DNA of 64,000 bases, taken from assembly GCA_964016885.1 (NCBI GenBank), contig OZ024757.1:3968001-4032000 (forward strand), read 5' to 3'. Origin of the DNA: Eledone cirrhosa (lineage: Eukaryota). Below are positions 51,001-60,093 of the stretch, one piece after another. Made by a program: the position numbers and the translations under genes. The notes beneath the pieces were generated by a model that saw only the letters and a list, made by a program, of their open reading frames with translations, was not told the DNA's origin and searched no databases. Positions within the stretch are counted from its first letter, which is position 1, and the number at the start of each line of letters is the position of its first letter.

Positions 51001-52705
51001 GTAATACATTATGTTAATCTAACGTAATATATTCTAGTAATCTAATGGAATAATTCTGTTAATCTAACGGAATATATTCTGTTAATCTAACGTAATATAT
51101 TCTGTTAATCTAACGTAATATATTCTGCTAATCTAACGTAATGTATTCTGTTAATCTAACGTAATATATTCTGGTAATCTAACGGAATATATTCTAGTAA
51201 TCTAATGGAATATATTCTGTTAATCTAAAGGAATACATTATGTTAATCTCATGGAATATATTCTGTTAATCTAATGTAATATATTATGTTAATCTAATGG
51301 AATAAATTCTGTTAATATAACGGAATATATTCTGTTAATCTAAGGTAATATATTGGCTAATCTAACGTAATATATTCTGTTAATCTAACGTAATATATTC
51401 TGCTAATCTAACGTAATATATTCTGCTAATCTAAAGTAATATATTCTGTTAATCTAACGTAATATATTCTCGTAATCTAACGTAATACATTCTGGTAATC
51501 TAACGTAATATATTCTGCTAATCTAACGTAATATATTCTGTTAATCTAACGTAATATATTCTGTTAATCTAACGTAATATATTCTGCTAATCTAACGTAA
51601 TATATTCTGTTAATCTAACGTAATATATTCTGTTAATCTTACGTAATATATTCTAGTAATCTAATGGAATATATTCTAGTAAGCTAATGGAATATATACT
51701 AGTAATCTAATGGAATATATTCTGTTAATCTAATGGAATATATTCTGTTAATCTAACGGAATACATTCTGTTAATCTAACGTAATACATTCTGTTAATCT
51801 AACGGAATATATTCTTCTAATCTAACGTAATATATTCTGTTAATCTAACGTAATATATTCTGCTCATCTAACGTAATATATTCTGCTAATCTAACGTAAT
51901 ATATTCTGTTAATCTAACGTAATATATTCTAGTTATCTAATGGAATATATTCTAGTAATCTAATGGAATATATTCTAGTATTCTAATGGAATATATTCTG
52001 TTAATCTAACGTAATATATTCTGTTAATCTTTCGTACTATATTCTGTTAATCTAACGTAATATATTCTGTTAATCTAACGTAATATATTCTGCTAATCTA
52101 ACGTTATATATTCTGCTAATCTAACGTAATATATTCTAGTAATCTAACGTAATATATTCTGTTAATCTAACGTAATATATTCTGCTAATCTAACGTTATA
52201 TATTCTGCTAATCTAACGTAATATATTCTAGTAATCTAACGTAATATATTCTGGTAATCATACGTAATATATTCTGTTAATCTAACGTAATATATTCTGT
52301 TAATCTAACATAATATATTCTGTTAATCTAATGTACTATATTCTGTTAATCTAACATAATATATTCTGCTAATCTAACGTAATATATTCTCGTAATCTAA
52401 CGTAATACATTCTGTTAATCTAACGTAATATATTCTGGTAATCTAACGTAATATATTCTAGTAATCTAATGAAATATAGTCTGGTAATCTAACGTAATAT
52501 ATTCTGTTAATCTAACGGAATACATTCTGTTAATCTAACGGAATACATTCTGTTAATCTAATGGAATATATTCTGTTAATCTAACGGAATACATTCTGTT
52601 AATCTAACGTAATACATTCTGTTAATCTAATGGAATATATTCTGTTAATCTAACGTAATATATTCTGTTAATCTAACGGAATATATTCTGTTAATCTAAC
52701 GTAAT
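1..52705. repeat. 23-bp tandem satellite array, consensus TTCTGTTAATCTAACGTAATATA, about 2,290 monomers in the window; open at the left edge
   Basis: Directly visible 23-nt periodicity throughout, with recurrent variants (gtt/gct/ggt/agt; cgt/cgg/tgg). The ORF track is empty over the whole array. The array ends abruptly at ...ctaacgtaat (52705). Confidence 0.99.
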
Positions 52706-52836
52706 TCCGTTAGACCAGAGGTAAGTCGTGTTCATCAGTCCTCGCTGCTTTCTATTTTATTCTGTGCAGATTTTTTAAAGAATAAAAAATTTCCAACAAT
52801 TTTTTATTCTTTTCAATATGTTTTCGTCTACCTCTT

Positions 52837-53014
52837 ATTATTCATATTTAAACATTTCGATTCTTTAAAGATCAAATGTTTAAATATGAATAATTGTTTC
52901 TACTTTTGATCTTTAAAGAATCGAAAAATAAAGCACCAATGAGTACTGGTGTCAATTTAATCGAACCCCTCCCCTCAAATTGCTGGCCTTGTGCCTAAAG
53001 TAGAAACAATTATT
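52837..53014. repeat. Three interlocking perfect inverted repeats (21, 22 and 18 bp)
   Basis: 52837-52857 vs 52874-52894, 52855-52876 vs 52905-52926, and 52889-52906 vs 52997-53014 are exact reverse complements. Confidence 0.92.
52921..53014 (+). mobile_element. 5'-truncated SINE 3' end resembling an abundant octopus SINE family
   Basis: The string gcaccaatgagtactggtgtcaatttaatcga...cccctcaaattgctggccttgtgcctaaagtagaaacaattatt resembles, from memory, the tail of a common Octopus SINE. Not database-verified. Confidence 0.6.
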
Positions 53015-53281
53015 TTAATTTACCCTATAAGATGAACTTATTTTAAACGCCAAAGATTAAAAGAAAATTCAATGAAATAATCCACACTGACAGAATTTAA
53101 CAATTATTGGATCATAAGGGCTCGCTTGGATCCGGCTTGATTGGAGCCACTATCGCACGAGGCTGGTCGATGAGAACCCGTGGGGATTTCTACACCAATG
53201 ATTATACTTTATTCAATGAGGCCTTATTATATTACAAAGTAACTTAATGCAGCCTTTCAACACGAAATGGTTCCCTACCTC

Positions 53282-53322
53282 TATGTTAATCTAACATTCT
53301 GTTATTCTAACAATATAATATT
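53282..53322 (+). repeat. Orphan degenerate fragments of the 23-bp satellite monomer
   Basis: tatgttaatctaac-attctgttattctaac-aatataatatt matches monomer parts, about 580 bp outside the array. Confidence 0.65.
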
Positions 53323-53714
53323 TCGGCCCTCTTTCCTATTAAGCCCTCCCTTCTCACACCTATATATATTGCTACATACATATATTCAGACCTGCCAACC
53401 TCTAGAAACCGAAAAAAGGGGGAACCATAAAAAAGTGCTTCAAAATGGGAAGAAATTGGACAAAATGGGGAGATTTTACAAATGAAAGGTATACCCATTT
53501 TCAGAAGAGAATACATCTCTTACTCACCCAAACTGGCTGAAAAATCTCTCCGCCAAGCGGGAGGGGGGTTGACAGGTCTGTATATTGCTTCTACGTGGAA
53601 TTTGTTCACAGATATTCGGATTTATTTCAACTGATTCGCATTTTTCTAGTTTATCCTGGGTTCAATCGGCGGTAACCACAGTAACTAAGGTACTCAATAC
53701 AAAACAGAGTATAA

Positions 53715-53835
53715 ATATTTAATGTAGAAAGGCTTCTACAGGACTAGAACTGTTTCATTCCGGAGAAATCATTAGAATGCCCCTGATGATTCTCCGAGAT
53801 GAAACAGTTCTAGTCCTGTAGAAGCCTTTCTACAT

Positions 53836-53842
<7 letters not shown>
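53715..53842. repeat. Fold-back element: 44-bp perfect inverted arms around head-to-head hammerhead-like cores
   Basis: 53715-53758 is the reverse complement of 53799-53842. The + arm reads CTGATGA(53783)-ttctccgagat-GAAA-CAG-ttctagtc-CTG-TA; the - arm has CTAATGA. Confidence 0.8.

Positions 53843-53932
<90 letters not shown>
53839..53932. repeat. (TA)n microsatellite
   Basis: Direct read. Confidence 0.99.
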
Positions 53933-53933
<1 letters not shown>

Positions 53934-53934
53934 T

Positions 53935-54852
53935 ATATCACGATAAATTAACTGACCCATAGACTCTCGCTATTCCCTGTCAGTAATGTGTTGAAAGGAG
54001 AAGGAATCCTGAGCTCTTTAAAATATATGTTGAAAAGGTAACACACTAGAGAGAGATAGTGCACCATCAATAACACAGGGAAAAACCACCAGTGTATGGA
54101 ATCTAACCTATGAAAGGCAGAGTAGACACACGGTAATTAAAAATGTAAATTCAAGTGTATATACAAACCTCTATAACTATATAACACACACGTACAAATC
54201 CAAAGAGATCTGTTTCGCCAATAATTTGTTGACAGAAATAAATAGCCCATGGTTCATCAACTATACATTTCAGACAACTCTAAGAGAATTTAAAGCGACT
54301 GTCCAGCTACACGTGGGAGAGACAAGTCACGGCGTGTTTAGGGCAGGGAACCAGTGGTGTCTGAGGGACGAGCTGCTAGAAAGAGCAGCCCAAAACCACT
54401 CAGAGGAGTGTTCTCAACCACACAGAAAGAGAGGAAAGACTGTTATAAGGAGCGAAATATCACGATATATAACGGAGCCATAGACTCTCGCTATTCCCTG
54501 TCAATAATGTGCTCAAAGGAGAAGAAATCCTGAGCTCTTTAAAATACAATATGTTGAAAAGGTAACACACTAGAGAGATAGTGCGCCATCAATAAAACAG
54601 TGTATAGCCTTACACACGCTGATGAACCATGGGCTATTTATTTCTGTCAACAAATTATTGGCGAAACAGATCTTTTTGGATTTGTACGTGTGGTATATAG
54701 TTATAGAGGTTTGTATATACACTTTAATTTATATTTTTAATTACCGTGTGTCTACTCTGCCTTCCATAGGTTAGACTCCATATACTGGTGGTTTTTCCCT
54801 GTTTTATTGATGGCGCACTGTATCTCTCTCTAGTGTGTTACCTTTTCAACAT

Positions 54853-54854
<2 letters not shown>
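53935..54854 (-). mobile_element. Non-autonomous HHR-bearing element with Penelope-type architecture (partial tandem, ~522-bp period, plus an inverted segment)
   Basis: Direct repeat 53935-54078 / 54457-54600. Inverted repeat 54025-54267 / 54601-54854. HHR core present in both inverted arms. Flanked on both sides by (TA)n. Confidence 0.75.
54613..54692 (+). ncRNA. Type I hammerhead ribozyme (predicted cleavage after GUA, 54686)
   Basis: Stem I CACACG/CGTGTG; CTGATGA 54619-54625; stem II CCA/TGG after an A.C mismatch; GAAA 54663-54666; stem III CAGATC/GATTTG; then TA. Confidence 0.82.
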
Positions 54855-54856
<2 letters not shown>

Positions 54857-54946
<90 letters not shown>

Positions 54947-54954
54947 GAGAGAGA
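54857..54954. repeat. Compound (TA)n(GA)n microsatellite
   Basis: Direct read. Confidence 0.99.
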
Positions 54955-55303
54955 TATGCAAAAAATACGGATATACAGAAATAGATAGATGGAGGCGAGT
55001 GGTATTTCCGGATGGTTCCTGAAACTGTAGAGCGTGGGGTAAGGGGGTGGGGTAAGAGGGTTATAGGGTGCGTCTATGAGGAGAGGTGGCGAGAATACTA
55101 ATAAAAAGACAAAATGGAAGCAAAATAAAAAAAATTTTAATGAAGACAAAAATTAGTGGTAAGAAGAAGAGGAGGGGGAGTTGAAGTACTTAGAGGAATA
55201 TTCACTAAATGTTGTGGTGGTTTGATGGAGTTGCGTGTGTCTGTATATAGTATTTCTTGGGTCTGTATATACTTCTAGTAAATAAAATCAGTTTAATGTT
55301 TCT

Positions 55304-55780
55304 GAGGAGAGGTTAAAACAACTGAAACTCTACTCCTTGCAACGAAAGCAGGAGAAATACGCAGTTATATACATATGAAAGATCCTGGAGGGAATAGCAC
55401 CAAACTTTGGCATTGGGAGTTCGACCAACCTCGAACAGGACGTCACTCTGTGGTGCCAAAAGTTCCTGTCTTTCACATCTAGAATAAGGAGCAGATATTG
55501 TAATATCCTGGGGTTCAAAAGCCCTCAACTCTTCAAGAATGCCAAGAAATTTGAGAGATCTGCATGATGTAGACGTGGATGTTTTCAAGGAACATCTTGA
55601 CACTCTGCTATCCAGGATCCAAGATGACCCCCACAACACGGTACGAAGGTAACGTAAGGGCAGCAACAAAGAACTCCCACTTACGCCAATAGCCAGCCAA
55701 CACGGACTGGATATAGCAAGTGAAGCAAAAAGAGCGGTGCCCTAACATGGGCTCAGCCGGATGGCTGGAACAGGTAAAAG
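55304..55780 (+). mobile_element. 5'-truncated, decayed LINE (CR1-like) ORF2 C-terminus and 3' UTR
   Basis: Manual translation across stops and frameshifts: EERLKQLKLYSLQRKQEKYAVIYI*KILEGIAPNFGI...RTGRH...PQLF...PRNLRDLHDVDVDVFKEHLDTLLSRIQDDP. This matches the RLxxLxLYSLxRRRxR...FKxxLD pattern of CR1-group ORF2 ends. Confidence 0.8.
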
Positions 55781-55792
55781 AGTATACATACG

Positions 55793-55824
55793 TATATATA
55801 TATATATACACACATATAAGTACT

Positions 55825-55865
<41 letters not shown>

Positions 55866-55892
55866 ACACACACACATATATATATATATATA
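55793..55892. repeat. (TA)n/(CA)n microsatellite tract
   Basis: Direct read. Confidence 0.95.
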
Positions 55893-56110
55893 AGGGATAA
55901 CAAGTTATTGTTATAGGTAATCCAGTTAGAGGTTGTGAATACCCCGTATTGTGGATAGTTTTAGCGTACGGCGTTGTTTGACTCAACAAGAGCTTTCCTT
56001 GGGTAGCGAGTTTGTGAGTTCTCGGGAGTTCCTATGCAAGTTAATCTTGGAGTAATAATAGTGAAAGAGTGTAGAATAACATGGTCAACAGTACAAAAAG
56101 GGTTTTATTT

Positions 56111-56225
56111 ACAGTATTAACAATTGTTTCATTGATTAAGTTGTCTAAAAATTGCTAATCACTTGAAGTTGTGTCACTCAATTTTAAATACAATGCATGC
56201 TTAACCAAATCATCAGAAAAACTGT
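56111..56225 (-). ncRNA. Hammerhead ribozyme-like fold in the Penelope 3' region (pLTR HHR)
   Basis: The - strand reads ACAGttttt-CTGATGA-t-TTGGTTAAG...CTTAATCAA-t-GAAAC-AATT-GTT-aatACTGT: a 9-bp stem II, palindromic stem III AACAATTGTT and an imperfect stem I. Confidence 0.7.
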
Positions 56226-56773
56226 TTAACATTATACACGGCGTTTGTAATATACTAGGGAAATTAAAATTACAACATCAGTAATAAAGAAAGAAAAAGG
56301 AATAAAGAAAAAGATAGAGAGAAAAAGAAAGAAGAAAAAAGAAAAAGAAAAAGAAAAAATAATAAATAAATAATAATAAATAATAAATAAGTTATAATGA
56401 AGATGATAAAAAAAATGTATGTGTGCGAAGAGAAGTGAACATAATATGATTGTTGAAAATAGTTGTGGTGTTGGTGGTTAAAATATAAAGATGTGATGGT
56501 ATAAAGATGAAAATATTAAATATATTCATATATGTATTGGTTAAATTAATAAATTAATAAATTGGAAGTTATGTTAGAAGTGAAGAGAATACGATAGGAT
56601 ATAATGTAAGAGGTGAAACATATTTAGGGAAAGAGAGTGAAAGAGAGAAAAGTTAGAAGGTTATGATGTTGATTCATTGATTAGGTGATTTATTGACAGT
56701 TAATAATAACAATAATGGGTTATTATAATAGACTCAGGTGGTACAATTTGAATTATGGAATTGTTGGGTCGAA

Positions 56774-58240
56774 TCAAATTGGTTTGAAATTAGCGAATTT
56801 AGTAGCTGCTTTATGCCTACAGAAAATTGACCGTTCAATTTTGCTGTTAAGCAGCATTTTGTCATATTTTAAAATATGAAGCAACTCCATATTGCGAAGT
56901 CCGCAGTGGAACATTCCATTTCTGTAGGCCTTTGTCCATGACAGTTTCGACCAGCTAATCAACTATTCTTGGTTTGTATCTTTAAGCTGCGAGATTTTAT
57001 TGGCGAGCGTTGTTGTGCTCATTAGTTTACGGTTCTTTATAGAGTGGCTGTGGACGTACCATCTTTTTTAACTCCCCCGCCGTAGAACCTATGTAGTGCC
57101 ATGCTAAGTTGCCTGAATTTATAGTACACAGGTACACTATATTTGACTCCAGGCAACTATTTTGTAGTGGGCACTTATCCGGTAAGTGCCAGTTACATTT
57201 TTAGGCTTTCCTGTGTGCCGGTTCAACGATGCGGTTTTGTATGGGCTGAGATTTAGGTTTATTGATGTTTTGTTGTGATGCGTTTTGACGTGTGTGTGGT
57301 TGTGATGTTGTTATGTGTTTGTGATTTATATTTGGTGTTATGGTGTTTGTTTGTAGGTTATTTTCATTAGAGATTCTTTTATAGTTAATGTTATGTATGT
57401 GTGATTCTATGTTGGTTGCAGTAGAGTAAGATAGTTTGATAGTATTTCTATTAAACATTTTATGGTTTTTGTGAAGTTTAGGGAACTGCTTGTCAATTAA
57501 TTTAAAGAATGTAGAAGGTAGTTTGGTTTTTATAGAGGAGTTATATATTGGATTGAACCATAAGTATATCCTATCTCTGGATTTTCTATAGTTCCTAGGG
57601 GTCCTTATATTAATATTCGGTTCATTTATTTCTGGTGTTCGTTGTCTATTTCTATGTTTAGTCTTATATTTGTTATTTCTATAGGTGTGGCTGGTGTTAT
57701 TGCTGTTAAGTGTGTGTTGTTTTTTGTATCTGGTATGTTTTGAGCCTCTCTTTGTGGTCTGCCTTAAGTAAAGTTATGTTGTAGTAGTTAGCGTGTTCAT
57801 TAAAAATCTCTAGGTTAGAAGTTAAGCGTGAAATTCTAAGGGATATACTACGTGCTATGGAGTTAATTATGGAGCGAGGGTGGTTTAAGTTGTAACTAAT
57901 GTAGGCTAGATTTTCGTTATTTTTATGGAAGGGCTCTATTAGTCCTATGATACATCCAAGAAGTTAGCTTTTTTAGAGTTGAGTTCGAAAGTGATGCTTA
58001 GGCCTAGTTTATTGAAGAAGGTTCTAACCTTTTTACGTAATCTTTCTAAGTTTTGATTATTTAAGTTTTTAGCTAAAAGTAAGTAGTGTATCGTCTCTAT
58101 AAATTCCTCCCTGGAGGTTATCTAATTCCCTATGTAAGATATGTGCTATATTATTCCAACTATGCCGGTTACTTGAGCTGAGTCGTTAGATCCCATACTG
58201 ATATTAAAGTTATTCTGTCTGTTTTTTTTCTTTCCCAGTA
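56774..58240 (-). pseudogene. Penelope-like reverse transcriptase / GIY-YIG endonuclease ORF, disrupted by stops and frameshifts
   Basis: Manual translation gives FNISMGSNDSAQV, GIYRDD (YRDD at 58090-58101), GLSITFELNSKKANFLDV, NHPRSII, WFNPIY, FNRNTIKLSYS, CNWxxxxxCPLQNSCLESNIVY, YIGST and LLNSKIE...CRH. It includes the track ORFs 57201-57458 and 56774-56962. Confidence 0.92.

Positions 58241-58242
<2 letters not shown>

Positions 58243-58284
<42 letters not shown>
58243..58284. repeat. (TA)n microsatellite
   Basis: Direct read. Confidence 0.99.
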
Positions 58285-58285
<1 letters not shown>

Positions 58286-58376
58286 CGAAAGACTAGTATG
58301 TTCCGTTGATGACTCAATGAATACAATTTTACAATAGATTAGAAGCACTCAACAGCAATGTTTTCCTGAAGGTTTA

Positions 58377-58588
58377 ATATTATTCAAAATATTAACAAAT
58401 GAAAAATATTCTCATTATCAAAATATATACTTTATTATATATATTTCAGAGGTACTGTGTTGTTTTTTCAGTACGTCGTCATCAGACAAAATATATGATT
58501 TGATATATGACATACCGCTACGGTCTTGATTATTCAATTCCAGTATTCCATTTGATAATGAGATTATTTTTCATTTGTTAATAATTTG

Positions 58589-58596
<8 letters not shown>
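58377..58596. repeat. 46-bp near-perfect inverted repeat bracketing an HHR
   Basis: 58377-58422 vs 58551-58596, with about 2 mismatches. Confidence 0.85.
58426..58495 (-). ncRNA. Type I hammerhead ribozyme (AUA triplet, palindromic stem III)
   Basis: The - strand reads TATATTTTGT-CTGATGA-cGAcGTACTG-loop-CAGTACcTCt-GAAA-TATATA-TA-ATAAAGTATA: a 10-bp stem I (2 wobbles) and a 6+2-bp stem II. Confidence 0.72.

Positions 58597-58664
<68 letters not shown>
58593..58664. repeat. (TA)n microsatellite
   Basis: Direct read. Confidence 0.99.
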
Positions 58665-58667
<3 letters not shown>

Positions 58668-58668
<1 letters not shown>

Positions 58669-58763
58669 AAATATGTTGAAAAGGTAACACACAAGAGAGA
58701 GAGATAGTGCGCCATCAATCAAACAGGGAAAACCACCAGTTTATGGAATCTATAACCCATGGA

Positions 58764-58764
<1 letters not shown>
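58668..58764. mobile_element. Fragment of the same family as the 53935-54854 element
   Basis: atatgttgaaaaggtaacacac...gatagtgcgccatcaat...cagggaaaaccaccagt...atggaatcta is shared with 54025-54110. Confidence 0.85.
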
Positions 58765-58794
<30 letters not shown>

Positions 58795-59007
58795 GGTACA
58801 TGTATATACATATATGTACATATATATATATAGATATATCTATATACGCATGTAAATATATATATATACATATGTATACACACATACACACATGTATATA
58901 CACATACACACATGTATATACAAATACACACACATATATATACACATGTATATATATATATACACACACATATATATACACATATATATACATATATATA
59001 TATATAC

Positions 59008-59039
<32 letters not shown>

Positions 59040-59217
59040 TCAAATATATATATGCACATATACATGTATATATGTACACATATACATACAAATATATACA
59101 CACATATACATACATATATAATCATATATATACACATACATATACATGCATACACATATAAATATATATGTACAAATGTACATATATATATACACATACA
59201 CATATATATATATATAT
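58765..59217. repeat. Degenerate (TA)/(CA) low-complexity tract
   Basis: Direct read; it is the source of the overlapping Y/I/H-rich spurious ORFs. Confidence 0.95.
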
Positions 59218-59479
59218 TGTAATCTTTCTTTTTTCGGTTGGTGTAGGACACAACAAAAGAGAGACACAAAATAGAAACCTAGTCGCTGAGGAGGTCTCAA
59301 CAGTGTGACGAAAGAGCGTAGACAATATATAAACAACCTTTCGGTTATCGAACCAACCACGTAACTGGAAATTTATAATAAATTGAAGTGAAAACCCTCC
59401 CAAAGTATAGCTATATCTGTTTCAACCCACGGTTTCAGATAAGAAATCTTGCAAAACAAATTAAAAAACGATATATATA

Positions 59480-60093
59480 TATATCATAAAACTTGTCTAT
59501 AGAATCACCAGATAAAATATATATCGTTTCCTCTCCCAATTAGCATAATTAACCATATAAAAAATCAATTAGACGAAGCTATAAGAATAAAGGCTCCTAT
59601 GAAGAAATCTCCGACAAATAACCGAAAGCAGCCCTTCGCGGCTGTTGCGACGGAGTATTTATCGAGTATTTCGACAGCGTGTATAAATCGACCAGATATA
59701 CAGTCAACTAAACAGAATTAGGTGTAAAATAAACTAGGAGAAAAGTGAACATATTTAGTTAACTCTACCATGGTTTCGTCCGCATTTTAAGATATCCGAT
59801 AACATTGGAAATCTGGAGCACCGGACTCTTCAGCAGTTAGCTCAAATTTAGACAATTAATTTTCCAAAGTGATCGCGCCAAGAATACATAGGTTGAGATA
59901 CAATTTTGGCTGTATTGGGCTGCGCTTTCTAGCAAAAGGCGACCAACCGTAAGCAACTAATCACATTCTTTCTAACTTGACCGCTGTCACGTCACGATTC
60001 TGAGCCATTTTTCAATGTATTCTTGGCGCAATCACTTTGGAAAATTAATTGTCTAAATTTGAGCTAACTCCTGAAGAGTCCGGTGCTCCAGAT
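59480..60093. mobile_element. Diverged relative of the 664-bp unit, in an inverted (about 59480-59889) plus forward (59890-60093) arrangement
   Basis: The reverse complement aligns by eye to the array unit (e.g. ttatttgtcggagattt, gaaaccatggtagag). A 79-bp inverted repeat lies at 59811-59889 / 60015-60093. Confidence 0.85.
59760..59839 (-). ncRNA. Type I hammerhead ribozyme, diverged homolog of the array HHR
   Basis: The - strand reads TAACTg-CTGAAGA-GTCCG...AGATTTCC-loop-GGATATCT...CGGAC-GAAAC-CATG-GTA-GAGTTA, with a canonical G10.1-C11.1 pair. Confidence 0.85.

Larger units (their letters stand above)
55893..58242 (-). mobile_element. 5'-truncated Penelope-like retroelement (Naiad-like) with a 3' non-coding region containing an HHR
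   Basis: RT and GIY-YIG motifs on the - strand, an HHR fold downstream on the same strand, and both ends abutting (TA)n. Confidence 0.85.

Noticed and set aside
1-52705. CRISPR array or coding repeat
   Set aside because: Monomers are contiguous with no unique spacers, no cas genes are present, and the ORF track is empty across the array.
1-52705. Telomeric repeat
   Set aside because: No G-rich strand or TTAGGG-like unit, and internal higher-order duplications indicate recombinational growth rather than telomerase synthesis.
52725-52745. CTGATGA on the - strand next to the array end as a hammerhead
   Set aside because: No stem II or downstream GAAA could be found.
53267-55877. Short track ORFs (62-118 aa) as genes
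   Set aside because: They run through microsatellites, non-coding elements or antisense to the LINE fragment, and show no recognisable motifs.
56774-57200. Selenocysteine recoding as reported for some Naiad elements
   Set aside because: No TGA at conserved Cys positions was seen (they read TGT/TGC or mutated TGG/CGC). The stops found are TAA/TAG and are accompanied by frameshifts, so this is ordinary decay.
58707-59403. Overlapping Tyr/Ile/His-rich ORFs
   Set aside because: Artefacts of stop-free TA/CA dinucleotide repeats.
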